DNA of 64,000 bases, taken from contig CAYRKM010000001.1 of assembly GCA_964425075.1 (NCBI GenBank), forward strand, positions 18,756-82,755. The letters are read 5' to 3'. The translations under genes were made by a program, and so were the position numbers. Under the pieces are notes generated by a model. It had not been told where the DNA came from. It saw nothing but the letters and a program-made list of their open reading frames with translations, and did no database searches. Positions 49,757-58,196 of this stretch are shown here, piece by piece. This DNA is from an uncultured Gammaproteobacteria bacterium (lineage in GTDB: Bacteria > Patescibacteriota > Microgenomatia > Levybacterales > GWA1-39-11). Numbering within the stretch: position 1 is the stretch's first letter; each line of letters opens with the position of its first letter.

Positions 49757-50896
49757 ATGCCGAGTTTGCGCGGCCAAGAGGTTACCATTTCCGTCATTAA
49801 GGCGGATGTTGGCAGCATCGGAGGCCACACGCGCCCAAGCCCAACCATGATCAGACACGCGGAAAGAGCCATCGAAGGCGCAATCCGCGAAGGACTCATC
49901 GTGGACGGCTTCGCCACCTTCATCGGTGACGACACTGCCCTGAACATGCTTCACACTCGTGGAGAAAACTCGCAGGACGTACATCTCTTCGCATCAACGA
50001 CGTTCTTCGAGATGACCGGGATCGCGGAGAGAGAAGGTCTCTATGGCGCAGGCCAAGACCTCCTTGAGAGTGCTCCCAGCGGCAACGTCCGCGGAGCGGG
50101 ACCTGGTGCTGCCGAGATCGAATTCGTTCTCTTGCCTGACCGACGTTCGGCGGAGAGCATGATGATCTTCTCTGCAGACAAGTGCGGACCGGGAATGTTC
50201 AATCCCTACATCCGCGACGTCCTCACCAGCCCTGACGTCAACGGAGGGCTTCTTATTGCCTCTCCGCAGCGAGCAGGCTTCACGGTGAAGATCATCGACA
50301 TGAGTCCAGGGGCAAAGCAGGCCATCACGCTCACTCTGCCTGAAGACCGAGATGCGATGGCTGCTCTTCTGAGGACGCCAGACGTCTTCGCTGTCAAAAG
50401 CGTCTATTCGGGTCAGCATCCCGAAGAAAAGCTGATGGACTGCACGACCGACAGGCTTCACAGCTTCGGACCGACCGTGTACAAGGGCAAAGATGACCCT
50501 GTGCTCATTGTCCGAAATCAGGGGCTGTCCCTGGCACCGGAGGAGATCCTTCGACCGTGGACAAATCCGCGCAGAACCACAGGCGGCGCCCGTGGGAGCT
50601 CGGTGCAATACCCCTTCCCGAGCGCCATCAACACCCCGGTGACAGGAGCTTACTGCCAGACGCTAGTCGCCTGCATCGGCTTCTCGGTCAGCGAGGAGGG
50701 CAAGTTCTCGGAACGGGTCGACTTCTTTGCTTGGCCCGTCTGGGACTGGACACGTCAGCAGGTCTCCAAGCTTGCTAACCAGCTCTACCGCGAGGGGTTC
50801 AACGAAATGGCAATCGCCTCGAGTGGCGAACTCGCCTACACAGGCCTTCGTGACCTGGACGAGGCACTTTTGGCCCGTTTCGAGCCCATCGACTAG
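49757..50896 (+). CDS. fbp: Archaeal-type bifunctional fructose-1,6-bisphosphate aldolase/phosphatase (class V FBPase), GC-rich
   Basis: IKADVGSIGGH, GDD, GLYGAGQDLL, GNVRGAGPG, ADK, YKGKDDP. Confidence 0.9.
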   Translation: MPSLRGQEVTISVIKADVGSIGGHTRPSPTMIRHAERAIEGAIREGLIVDGFATFIGDDTALNMLHTRGENSQDVHLFASTTFFEMTGIAEREGLYGAGQDLLESAPSGNVRGAGPGAAEIEFVLLPDRRSAESMMIFSADKCGPGMFNPYIRDVLTSPDVNGGLLIASPQRAGFTVKIIDMSPGAKQAITLTLPEDRDAMAALLRTPDVFAVKSVYSGQHPEEKLMDCTTDRLHSFGPTVYKGKDDPVLIVRNQGLSLAPEEILRPWTNPRRTTGGARGSSVQYPFPSAINTPVTGAYCQTLVACIGFSVSEEGKFSERVDFFAWPVWDWTRQQVSKLANQLYREGFNEMAIASSGELAYTGLRDLDEALLARFEPID

Positions 50897-51037
50897 TCCG
50901 GGGTAACCGGAGATCCACCCATCCCGAGAGAAGAGTCCCTGCCAGTACTACATAGACTGCAGACTGACCTCAGGAGAATGCATTCCTGAACGTCTTTTTG
51001 CAGCAAAATGTAATGCTTACTCTTCTCTCTCACCCTT

Positions 51038-51115
51038 TGCAAATGAAGCTCCACGAGTTAACACTCATGGTATCTTCTTTTCCTCGCTTGCGCCTTAGAG
51101 GGTATTAAGCTCGGA
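51038..51115. mobile_element. Possible IS200/IS605-type end remnant
   Basis: GCAAATGAAGCTCCACGAGTTAACACTCATGGTATC hairpin resembles IS200/IS605 ends. Confidence 0.35.
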
Positions 51116-51210
51116 AAATAAAAAGGTTTGTTTTCAAAGGATGAGAATAATATGAATTTTTTGACGGAATTATCTAAAAAAATGGGGATTGAAGGAGGAT
51201 TAAAGTTAAT

Positions 51211-51390
51211 TTACTTTAATTTTTCTCGTTCTTTGTGAGGTTGAATTTTTTTGCAATTCTTGCAGTACTTTTTAAGATTGAGTTTTTCAGGCGTGTTTAG
51301 CTTGTTGCGCTCACTAATATAGTTAACGCTTTTACAAACGGTGCATTGTAGCCCCAAAATAAATCGTACGTCTCCTTTTTTCTTTGCCAT
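51211..51390 (-). CDS. rpmG: 50S ribosomal protein L33 (Zn-binding type, 59 aa, not in the ORF track)
   Basis: MAKKKGDVRFILGLQCTVCKSVNY...KLNLKKYCKNCKKIQPHKE. Confidence 0.95.
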   Translation of the reverse strand: MAKKKGDVRFILGLQCTVCKSVNYISERNKLNTPEKLNLKKYCKNCKKIQPHKEREKLK

Positions 51391-51433
51391 ATTTAAAAAA
51401 GTAAATATAAATAAAAGTCCTTGTTTTTTAAAT

Positions 51434-51491
51434 ATACCGAGAGTCTCGGTTCAAATGGTCAGTTGAGCATTTGAACAAGAGTTGTCGGTAT
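51434..51491 (-). repeat. 58-nt hairpin element upstream of rpmG
   Basis: Second copy of 28078-28135, same orientation relative to its gene. Confidence 0.85.
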
Positions 51492-51637
51492 ATGGGTTTA
51501 AATAATCGAATTCAAACCCGTAAGTTCAAATTATACAAGATAGCCTGAAATTAATCAAGGATACTTTTTGAAGACAAAAGCCTTACTACCTCTTTCAATT
51601 GAGTTCATTTATTGATAAAATTTCAGAACTAAATTTT

Positions 51638-51709
51638 GCCTCGGTGGCTCAGTGGCAGAGCACGTTCTTGGTAAGAACGGGGTCGTGGGTTCGATTCCCA
51701 CTCGAGGCT
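51638..51709 (+). tRNA. tRNA-Thr(GGT)
   Basis: GCCTCGG/TCGAGGC; GTTCT-TGGTA-AGAAC anticodon arm; TTCGATT. Confidence 0.94.
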
Positions 51710-51775
51710 CAAGGCAAATTTGCCTCACTGCTTTTCATTTCAGCCTATTTTTTGTACAATATCAGGACGTATTTT

Positions 51776-51824
51776 GCCGAGATGGAGACATGACTATGCA
51801 GACCGAAGGTCACAGCGGTCATCG
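51776..51824 (+). pseudogene. 5' fragment of tRNA-Tyr with a hairpin insertion
   Basis: GCCGAGATGG...[insert]...AGCGGTCATCG compared with tRNA GCCGAGATGGCGGAGCGGTCAATCG. Confidence 0.55.
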
Positions 51825-51882
51825 AAGCGAAGCTTAAATACGAACAACAAAAAATTGAGGTTAAACTTGAAGTGATATTAAT

Positions 51883-51967
51883 GCCGAGATGGCGGAGCGG
51901 TCAATCGCAACAGACTGTAAATCTGTCGCCCGTACGGGCTACATAGGTTCAAATCCTATTCTCGGCA
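51883..51967 (+). tRNA. tRNA-Tyr(GTA)
   Basis: ACAGA-CT-GTA-AA-TCTGT, long variable arm, TTCAAAT. Confidence 0.95.
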
Positions 51968-51994
51968 CAAAAATTGCGTAGAAATTTTTGTGAA

Positions 51995-52213
51995 GAGAAC
52001 AAGGTTTTCTTATTCTCGGCACAAAATTGTAGATTTTGGGTTGAGAACAAGGTTTTCTTATTCTTGGCACAAACGAAGCGTAGTGTCCGAGAGCAAGGTT
52101 TTCTTATTCTCGGCACAAAATTGTAGATTTTGGGTTGAGAACAAGGTTTTCTTATTCTTGGCACAAACGAAGCGTAGTGTCCGAGAGCAAGGTTTTCTTA
52201 TTCTCGGCACAAA
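51995..52213 (+). repeat. Five 31-bp repeats, each ending with the tRNA-Tyr 3' end
   Basis: GAGARCAAGGTTTTCTTATTCTYGGCACAAA at 51995, 52043, 52089, 52137 and 52183; alternating 17/15-nt spacers. Confidence 0.9.
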
Positions 52214-52413
52214 TCTTTTCTGTGTTAAACCACAAATACTTTTACTTTCAGACATAAATTTCCCCTATTTGCATCCCATAACACATTTTTTACCTCAAAA
52301 CTGAGTTTTACTCCAGGACTGTGGATGGAGTGTGGACAAGATTTACTATATGACTTCTGTTTTTCTTATGAGATATGCTCTACTTTCTGAAGTCAAAATT
52401 TAGAAAAAGTTAT

Positions 52414-52836
52414 CTATTTTTTGGTGGGACTAGGACTTAATGAAGGTGAAGGTAAGGCGCTTGGTGCATCTCCTTTCACAACTGGACCGATATCTACAAC
52501 CTTCTTTATCGAAGGCCTATAAAGGATAGCTTTCTTGCTTTCGGGGTAAATAAGTACCTTGTCCCCATTTTCAGCGTTTTTGAAAAGCGGTTGGCCCTCA
52601 AGTTGTTTTTTGTCAACTACAGTTGCAATTGTTACCGGTCCACCAGGCAAAATTACACTTTTTGCAACCTCATTTACCAAAGAATCCACCTCATTTGCCC
52701 CGAGCACTTTTTCTGAAGAATAATAATCTTTAAAAATAAAATAACCCACCCCAAGACCCAGCATTATTAATAGGAAGAAAACAACAAGAATAATAGGAAC
52801 AGCTTTTGAACGAGGTTCTCTTTTCGTATCGGACAT
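52414..52836 (-). CDS. Membrane-anchored protein, paralog of the 55694-56584 domain
   Basis: TM; QPLFKNAENGDKVLIY..KAILYRP. Confidence 0.75.
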   Translation of the reverse strand: MSDTKREPRSKAVPIILVVFFLLIMLGLGVGYFIFKDYYSSEKVLGANEVDSLVNEVAKSVILPGGPVTIATVVDKKQLEGQPLFKNAENGDKVLIYPESKKAILYRPSIKKVVDIGPVVKGDAPSALPSPSLSPSPTKK

Positions 52837-52918
52837 ATCGTTATGTATTGTGCCAAATTCTCGCATTATTTGTCAAACCATATTGTGCATGAGGCTTATT
52901 CTAGGGTAATATGAATAT

Positions 52919-55669
52919 ATGAAGGTATTTAAACGCCTAATAGCTTGTCTTGTGCTTATCCTGCTCCTTTTCGGACTATTTCCGCCTCCGCCAATCTATT
53001 CTGGTGATCTTTCAAATACGACATTAAGACTAACTAGGCAAAAAATTTCCACCTCATCAGGTGGAATGGTTTGTGCGCAAACTCCCTCATCTGACAATGG
53101 AACTGAAGCAAGTGTGCAGGTTATCTTTCCTACAGGATTTACAGTTAATTCTACAGCCTCAAATTGGACAGTTACAACTTCAAATCTTGCAAATGGGGCA
53201 ACAGCCTGGCCGGGAATTGATACGGCTACGGCTGTTTCTGGTCAAATTGTTACATTTCCAAGTACAAATTTATCGGCAAATACACTATATTGTTTTAATT
53301 TTTCTTCCTCAAGCACTCTTACCAACCCATCTTCAGCCGGAAATTATAGTGGAACCATCCGCACTCGTACTTCAGGTGCTGCAACTATAGACAGTAGGGA
53401 TTATGGAGTGGCAATTGTAAGTAACGAGCAAATTACTGTAACAGCAACAGTTGCAGCCTCACCAACTGACTATCAGGTTTCACTTGCCAAAACTTCACCC
53501 GCTAGTAGCACCTTTGCACAAGACACAACTATAGCCTATCAATTAACCTACGGCACAACACTTAATTATGCCACATCAATTACTGTTGAAGCACAGTGGA
53601 GTCTTGGTACAATTGAGGGATCAGGTGCGCCGACAGTTTCGGCTTTGAATTATGTAGTAGGAAGTGCATCCAATGGATATAATAGCACTGCTCCCGTCAT
53701 TGACACAACAAACAGAAAAATTACCTGGACAATTTCTTCATTCCCAGGCAATACATCTAACCAAACTGTAACTTTCAGTCTTAAAACCACTGATAATTAT
53801 ACAGGCTCTCTTGACGTTGACTTCACTACAAGTGGAAGGGTGCTTGGACCTGGAACTCAAACATCAGACTCAGATGTAAATGGCACCTATATATATAACT
53901 ACGGTATTACTCCAACTCCACAATCTGCTGCAGCTCCGGGGGGCGATGGGAGGTCTGATGGAAGGTCTGACGGCAGAGGAGGTTCCACCACCACAAATTC
54001 GCCACTTGCAATTGGTGATGTTGGGGTAAGAACTATTTCTGCAACTAATGCAACAATATTTGTAGAAACAAACAAAGCTTCATCCGTTACACTTTCGTAT
54101 GGAACTTCCCGAAATTCACTTATTAACACCGTAACTTCAGGAAACACACTACAACACCTGCTAAAACTCCAAAATCTTACTCCAAATACCCAATATTATT
54201 TTAGAATAACTGCACGTAGCGAATCAGAAACAGCCACCTCAGACCTCTTTACTTTCACAACTGCACTCGATATTCCCCCGCCGGAAATTGATAATAATTC
54301 ATTGAATATAACAGTTGGGGATGTCATACTCTCAGATCCATCTAAGGCATTGAATAACATCGCTAGAATAGTCTTACCTACAAATACGGCTTATTCCTTT
54401 AAGTTTATGATTTCTAATTTTAAAAACATAAAAGATGTAAGGGTTATAGCTAGAAATAAAAACGTACTCGGTGCAAACACACTAGGCAATAGAGGACTAA
54501 GCACAAATGAAGTTAGCCTTTCCGAAGTAAATCCAGGCCAATATATTGGAAGGCTTCAAAGTGACCAAAACCCCGAAACCTACCAAATATTTGTTAGTGT
54601 CTCAGACTTTAACGGAAATATCGCAGAACAACTCCTTGCAGAACTTCATGTAAAGCGTCCTTTCACGATTGTGTCAGCGAGAGATAATTCGCCTGTTGAA
54701 AATGCCAGGGTTACTATTTACTATCTCCACCCCAGATTCAAAACCTATGAACTCATTTCCAAGAATCTGCTAGAAATCCAGAATCCTGAATATAGCAACA
54801 TTGAAGGAATAGTAGATATTGCATTGCCTCAAGCGAAATATCGAGCTGAAATTGAAGCTTTAGGCTTTGCTACCAAAACCGTGGATTTTGAAATAGGAAT
54901 TGGGCCGGGTCAAGGTTACCCTCAAGTAAAATTGGAACCTACAGGGTTTGGTTTTATTGAAACAATAACATTTATTGTAGTAGTAGCTGGTGATGTTTTC
55001 TCTACATTTAATTCACTTATACAAGAACTAGGTTTCTCAAATAGAATGTTTGGATTTTTAGCTCTTATTACAGCAATTGAATTTACAATACTCCTCTTTT
55101 TTAGTTTTGCTGTTTATTTTGCCGTTACCCCCTGGAGACTTCCTTTTTATATTTTTTACCACCTCACAGCTTTTCTTAGAAAGGACAAGAACGGACAGAT
55201 TATAAAGGGGACTGTTATCAACCGCGAGGATGGATACGGAGTTAAGGGAATTTTGGTTTATATTCACAAGGGTTTAGGTAAGGTAATTGGCCATACTATA
55301 ACCAACTCGTTTGGTGAGTTTTATATACGGGTACCATCCTCAGGGTCTTACAGTATAACTACAATGCATAAATCATTTAAATCCACTCCTTCTTTCCGAG
55401 TCGAAAATGCATCAGGAGTTCAGAAGATTTACATTGAGGAGAAACGATTAAATAAACTCTCACTATTCCTGCACAAAACAGGATGGTATGGGGGGTATTT
55501 ATTATGCGACTTTATAGAGCTTTCTTTATTAATAACTCTTGTAATTGAAATACTTTTTGTTGTAAACCTCGGGTTTCTAAAAACCTTACCATTTCTTATC
55601 CTCGCAATTTCAAACTTTATACTTCTTCTTTACTTTAGAAAACACAAAGACGAGGCTAAAATTAGATAA
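52919..55669 (+). CDS. Secreted/membrane protein with FN3 and carboxypeptidase-regulatory-like domains
   Basis: Signal peptide; S/T-rich; LTPNTQYYFRI; C-terminal TMs. Confidence 0.75.
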   Translation: MKVFKRLIACLVLILLLFGLFPPPPIYSGDLSNTTLRLTRQKISTSSGGMVCAQTPSSDNGTEASVQVIFPTGFTVNSTASNWTVTTSNLANGATAWPGIDTATAVSGQIVTFPSTNLSANTLYCFNFSSSSTLTNPSSAGNYSGTIRTRTSGAATIDSRDYGVAIVSNEQITVTATVAASPTDYQVSLAKTSPASSTFAQDTTIAYQLTYGTTLNYATSITVEAQWSLGTIEGSGAPTVSALNYVVGSASNGYNSTAPVIDTTNRKITWTISSFPGNTSNQTVTFSLKTTDNYTGSLDVDFTTSGRVLGPGTQTSDSDVNGTYIYNYGITPTPQSAAAPGGDGRSDGRSDGRGGSTTTNSPLAIGDVGVRTISATNATIFVETNKASSVTLSYGTSRNSLINTVTSGNTLQHLLKLQNLTPNTQYYFRITARSESETATSDLFTFTTALDIPPPEIDNNSLNITVGDVILSDPSKALNNIARIVLPTNTAYSFKFMISNFKNIKDVRVIARNKNVLGANTLGNRGLSTNEVSLSEVNPGQYIGRLQSDQNPETYQIFVSVSDFNGNIAEQLLAELHVKRPFTIVSARDNSPVENARVTIYYLHPRFKTYELISKNLLEIQNPEYSNIEGIVDIALPQAKYRAEIEALGFATKTVDFEIGIGPGQGYPQVKLEPTGFGFIETITFIVVVAGDVFSTFNSLIQELGFSNRMFGFLALITAIEFTILLFFSFAVYFAVTPWRLPFYIFYHLTAFLRKDKNGQIIKGTVINREDGYGVKGILVYIHKGLGKVIGHTITNSFGEFYIRVPSSGSYSITTMHKSFKSTPSFRVENASGVQKIYIEEKRLNKLSLFLHKTGWYGGYLLCDFIELSLLITLVIEILFVVNLGFLKTLPFLILAISNFILLLYFRKHKDEAKIR

Positions 55670-55693
55670 GTGTTTGCCCATCTACCATCTATT

Positions 55694-56584
55694 CTAATAT
55701 TGTTCTGCAAAATCATCCCCCAAAATAAGGACAGCATCAGCGTTTGATGGTTTTGTTTCTCCTTCAGGAAGGCTTACAACATCAGGAGTTACTTTCGTAA
55801 TGCCTTTTATGGCCTCTTTCAACTTACTTTCAGAGATGGGGTTTGATGTGTCTACAGATGAGATTGATGTAGTTTGATAGTCCTCTTTTGCATTCCCCGT
55901 TGATACAATTTCTATGCTGTCCCCCTCTAAAATATCAGAGGCCTTTTTTGCAAGACCACCCTCTTTTGTACCATTAAGAATTACAATTTTTATAACTTTT
56001 TCTTCTGCTTCTACTATCGGCGTTGGAGTTAGAGTGGGCTCAGAAAGATTTGGGGCGTTATTTGTTTGATCAGATTCTCCTTCACCAATTGTCGAAATTT
56101 CAATGATCTTCTTTATCTCTGGCCTATAAAGTATTGCTTTTCTTATACCTGCATAAATTATCAACTTATCTCCATTCTTTGCTTCTCTAAAAAAAGGCTG
56201 ATTTTCAAGTTTTGCTATATCGGATATTGTTGCAACCGTTGGCTTCTCATCACTCGAAAGCAATACTTTCTCACCAACTTCTTGCAGTAAAGCATCAATT
56301 TCCGCTAGATTTCCCTCTTTTTCACCTGAAAATATATTTAAAAATTTACCGCGGATAGGAGAAGCTAAAATACCCAACAAGATTGTTACAATAAGCACAA
56401 ATCCAAAAAGGAACTTTCTATCTGATAGCACTTTTTTTGGAATAATTCTTAAGAAATTGAGATTAAGTCTTAGTTTTGGTTTTGTAACAGAATCCCCCTT
56501 GGTCTGCTCAAAAAATGATTTTTTACTATCTTGGGCCACTTTCTTCACACTATTTATGATAGGGTAATCAAAAGGCAACGTCAA
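55694..56584 (-). CDS. LytR C-terminal domain membrane protein
   Basis: IVILNGTKEGGLA...TGNA...LILGDDF. Confidence 0.8.
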   Translation of the reverse strand: MTLPFDYPIINSVKKVAQDSKKSFFEQTKGDSVTKPKLRLNLNFLRIIPKKVLSDRKFLFGFVLIVTILLGILASPIRGKFLNIFSGEKEGNLAEIDALLQEVGEKVLLSSDEKPTVATISDIAKLENQPFFREAKNGDKLIIYAGIRKAILYRPEIKKIIEISTIGEGESDQTNNAPNLSEPTLTPTPIVEAEEKVIKIVILNGTKEGGLAKKASDILEGDSIEIVSTGNAKEDYQTTSISSVDTSNPISESKLKEAIKGITKVTPDVVSLPEGETKPSNADAVLILGDDFAEQY

Positions 56585-56632
56585 GAATTCTATCTAAATT
56601 CCTCAAAAGAAAATCAAGACTGGTAATTCTAC

Positions 56633-57634
56633 TTAGTTTAACTGCTTTGATGACTTATTCTCCAATGCGTCATAAATCCTTGAGGATATTTGAGCAATTA
56701 CTCTCTCGAGGCTTACAAAACTATTTCCCCTCGTCATGATACATACCAGATATGGGTTTCCCTTCCTATAGACAATCCCACAATCATGCAATTGCTTTAC
56801 GCCATTCTGAAGTTCTCTCTCTCCAAATTTATGACTTACAACAATTGAGTGAGGAATGCCAGCAACAATTCCATTTTTAAATTCAGTTTTTGATAGAATT
56901 TCCAGAGCTTTTTCTGAAAGATCTTTCTTTAGATATGAAGCGTTATAAAGAATTCTAAAGAGGCCGGAATAACCCTTGACGCTCATAAAATCCTCAGGGG
57001 TATTAGCTGTAGCCGTTTCTACTCCCAAATCAAGAGTAATCCTATCAATTAAGGCAGGTTCTATATTTTCCTCCAGCAAAGACAATGCAGCATTATCAGA
57101 ATAAACCATCATGCTCTCAATCAACTCATCTATCGTATACTCTTTTCCTATCTTAATTGATTGAGTGGGCTTTACTGCCTGTTCAAGAAGTATTTCTTTA
57201 GAATCATATTTGACTTTTTTACTTAAAAGATCAGGCGCTGACTCCGATTTTTTATAATAGGCCATCATAACCGGAAGTTTTAAAAGACTTGCTGGGGAAA
57301 AAGGCGCATGTTCATTTACTCCTATCCAGGGACCATTATTTAAATCTCTGAAATAGACAGAAGCATCATTTATATTTCCTGCTTTTTTCTGACTCTCAAC
57401 ATAATCAGCAATGTCTTTTTGCAAAGAGTTAAGACCCGTTAGTCGGATTGAATCCATTGAAGGTTCGCATTCAAGCAATGGACTTATAAATTTGTATCCT
57501 GATTCCCTTACCTCGGAGAATTTATCCTCATCGGAAGAATTCTCTGAAGTATTTTTTGAAGACAGGACGAAACTACCAAAAAATAATCCCAAAGCAAAGG
57601 CAATAAAAACAAAAACTATCGCTTTCCTACTCAT
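56633..57634 (-). CDS. Class A beta-lactamase-like serine hydrolase
   Basis: ASLLK, SDN, HKFG, HDCGIV. Confidence 0.88.
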   Translation of the reverse strand: MSRKAIVFVFIAFALGLFFGSFVLSSKNTSENSSDEDKFSEVRESGYKFISPLLECEPSMDSIRLTGLNSLQKDIADYVESQKKAGNINDASVYFRDLNNGPWIGVNEHAPFSPASLLKLPVMMAYYKKSESAPDLLSKKVKYDSKEILLEQAVKPTQSIKIGKEYTIDELIESMMVYSDNAALSLLEENIEPALIDRITLDLGVETATANTPEDFMSVKGYSGLFRILYNASYLKKDLSEKALEILSKTEFKNGIVAGIPHSIVVSHKFGERELQNGVKQLHDCGIVYRKGNPYLVCIMTRGNSFVSLERVIAQISSRIYDALENKSSKQLN

Positions 57635-57781
57635 CTGATTTAAGTTTAATATAGTTAACTAAAAATAATTTGTCAATATAAATCAGATCAAAACAAAAAT
57701 ATAAGGAGCTCTATTCAACTCCACTCTCTTATATTAATTTTAACATCAAGAAATCGGCAAGCTTCTAAATGAACGAAAAAT

Positions 57782-57946
57782 TTAGTTAAGAAGCTCTGAA
57801 GAACTTACTCCCTTTTTATGAAAAACATAAAAAGTAGTAATGCTCTCGTCTATTCCGATTTTTTCTTGCTTATGGTAGTCAATTATGTCATACCCGACAT
57901 TTACTGCTACCATTTTTGCTAGGTCATTTTCTGGGCAGTCTTTCAT
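57782..57946 (-). CDS. Possible small protein (54 aa)
   Basis: MKDCPENDL...; ORF only. Confidence 0.35.
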   Translation of the reverse strand: MKDCPENDLAKMVAVNVGYDIIDYHKQEKIGIDESITTFYVFHKKGVSSSELLN

Positions 57947-58096
57947 AAACCAGTTGTTAGTTATTAGTTACTAGGTATTAGTTGCAAGCATTAAGAAATT
58001 TGTAGATATTTGAGGATTAAGAAGATGTAGATGTAAATTAGCGATTCCTTTATCTTCCTAATTGCTTGCTACTTGCTACTAGCTACTTAATATTAA

Positions 58097-58177
58097 CTAA
58101 TTGGCGTATGATGCTGACAGAAAATACACAAACAGCTTTAACTGTTTTCTCATTTTTTTAAAAGTTTTTTGCGCCAT
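58097..58177 (-). CDS. Possible 26-aa peptide MAQKTFKKMRKQLKLFVYFLSASYAN
   Basis: AAGGAGGTGA SD directly after the giant gene stop. Confidence 0.45.
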   Translation of the reverse strand: MAQKTFKKMRKQLKLFVYFLSASYAN

Positions 58178-58196
58178 ACAAATTCACCTCCTTCCT

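Noticed and set aside
49994-50608. Long antisense or alternative-frame ORFs in GC-rich islands (also 20928-21395, 33102-33599, 63070-63591)
   Set aside because: Shadow ORFs overlapping better-supported genes, with no SD or recognisable motifs.
51995-52213. CRISPR array
   Set aside because: Spacers are only 15-17 nt and recur, the repeat derives from the tRNA-Tyr end, and no cas genes are present.
52320-52340. DnaA boxes/oriC
   Set aside because: Only two imperfect boxes (TGTGGATGG, TGTGGACAA) and no dnaA nearby.
53940-53982. Short tandem repeat GATGGRAGGTCT
   Set aside because: A coding linker (GDGRSDGRSDGRGG) within the FN3 protein.
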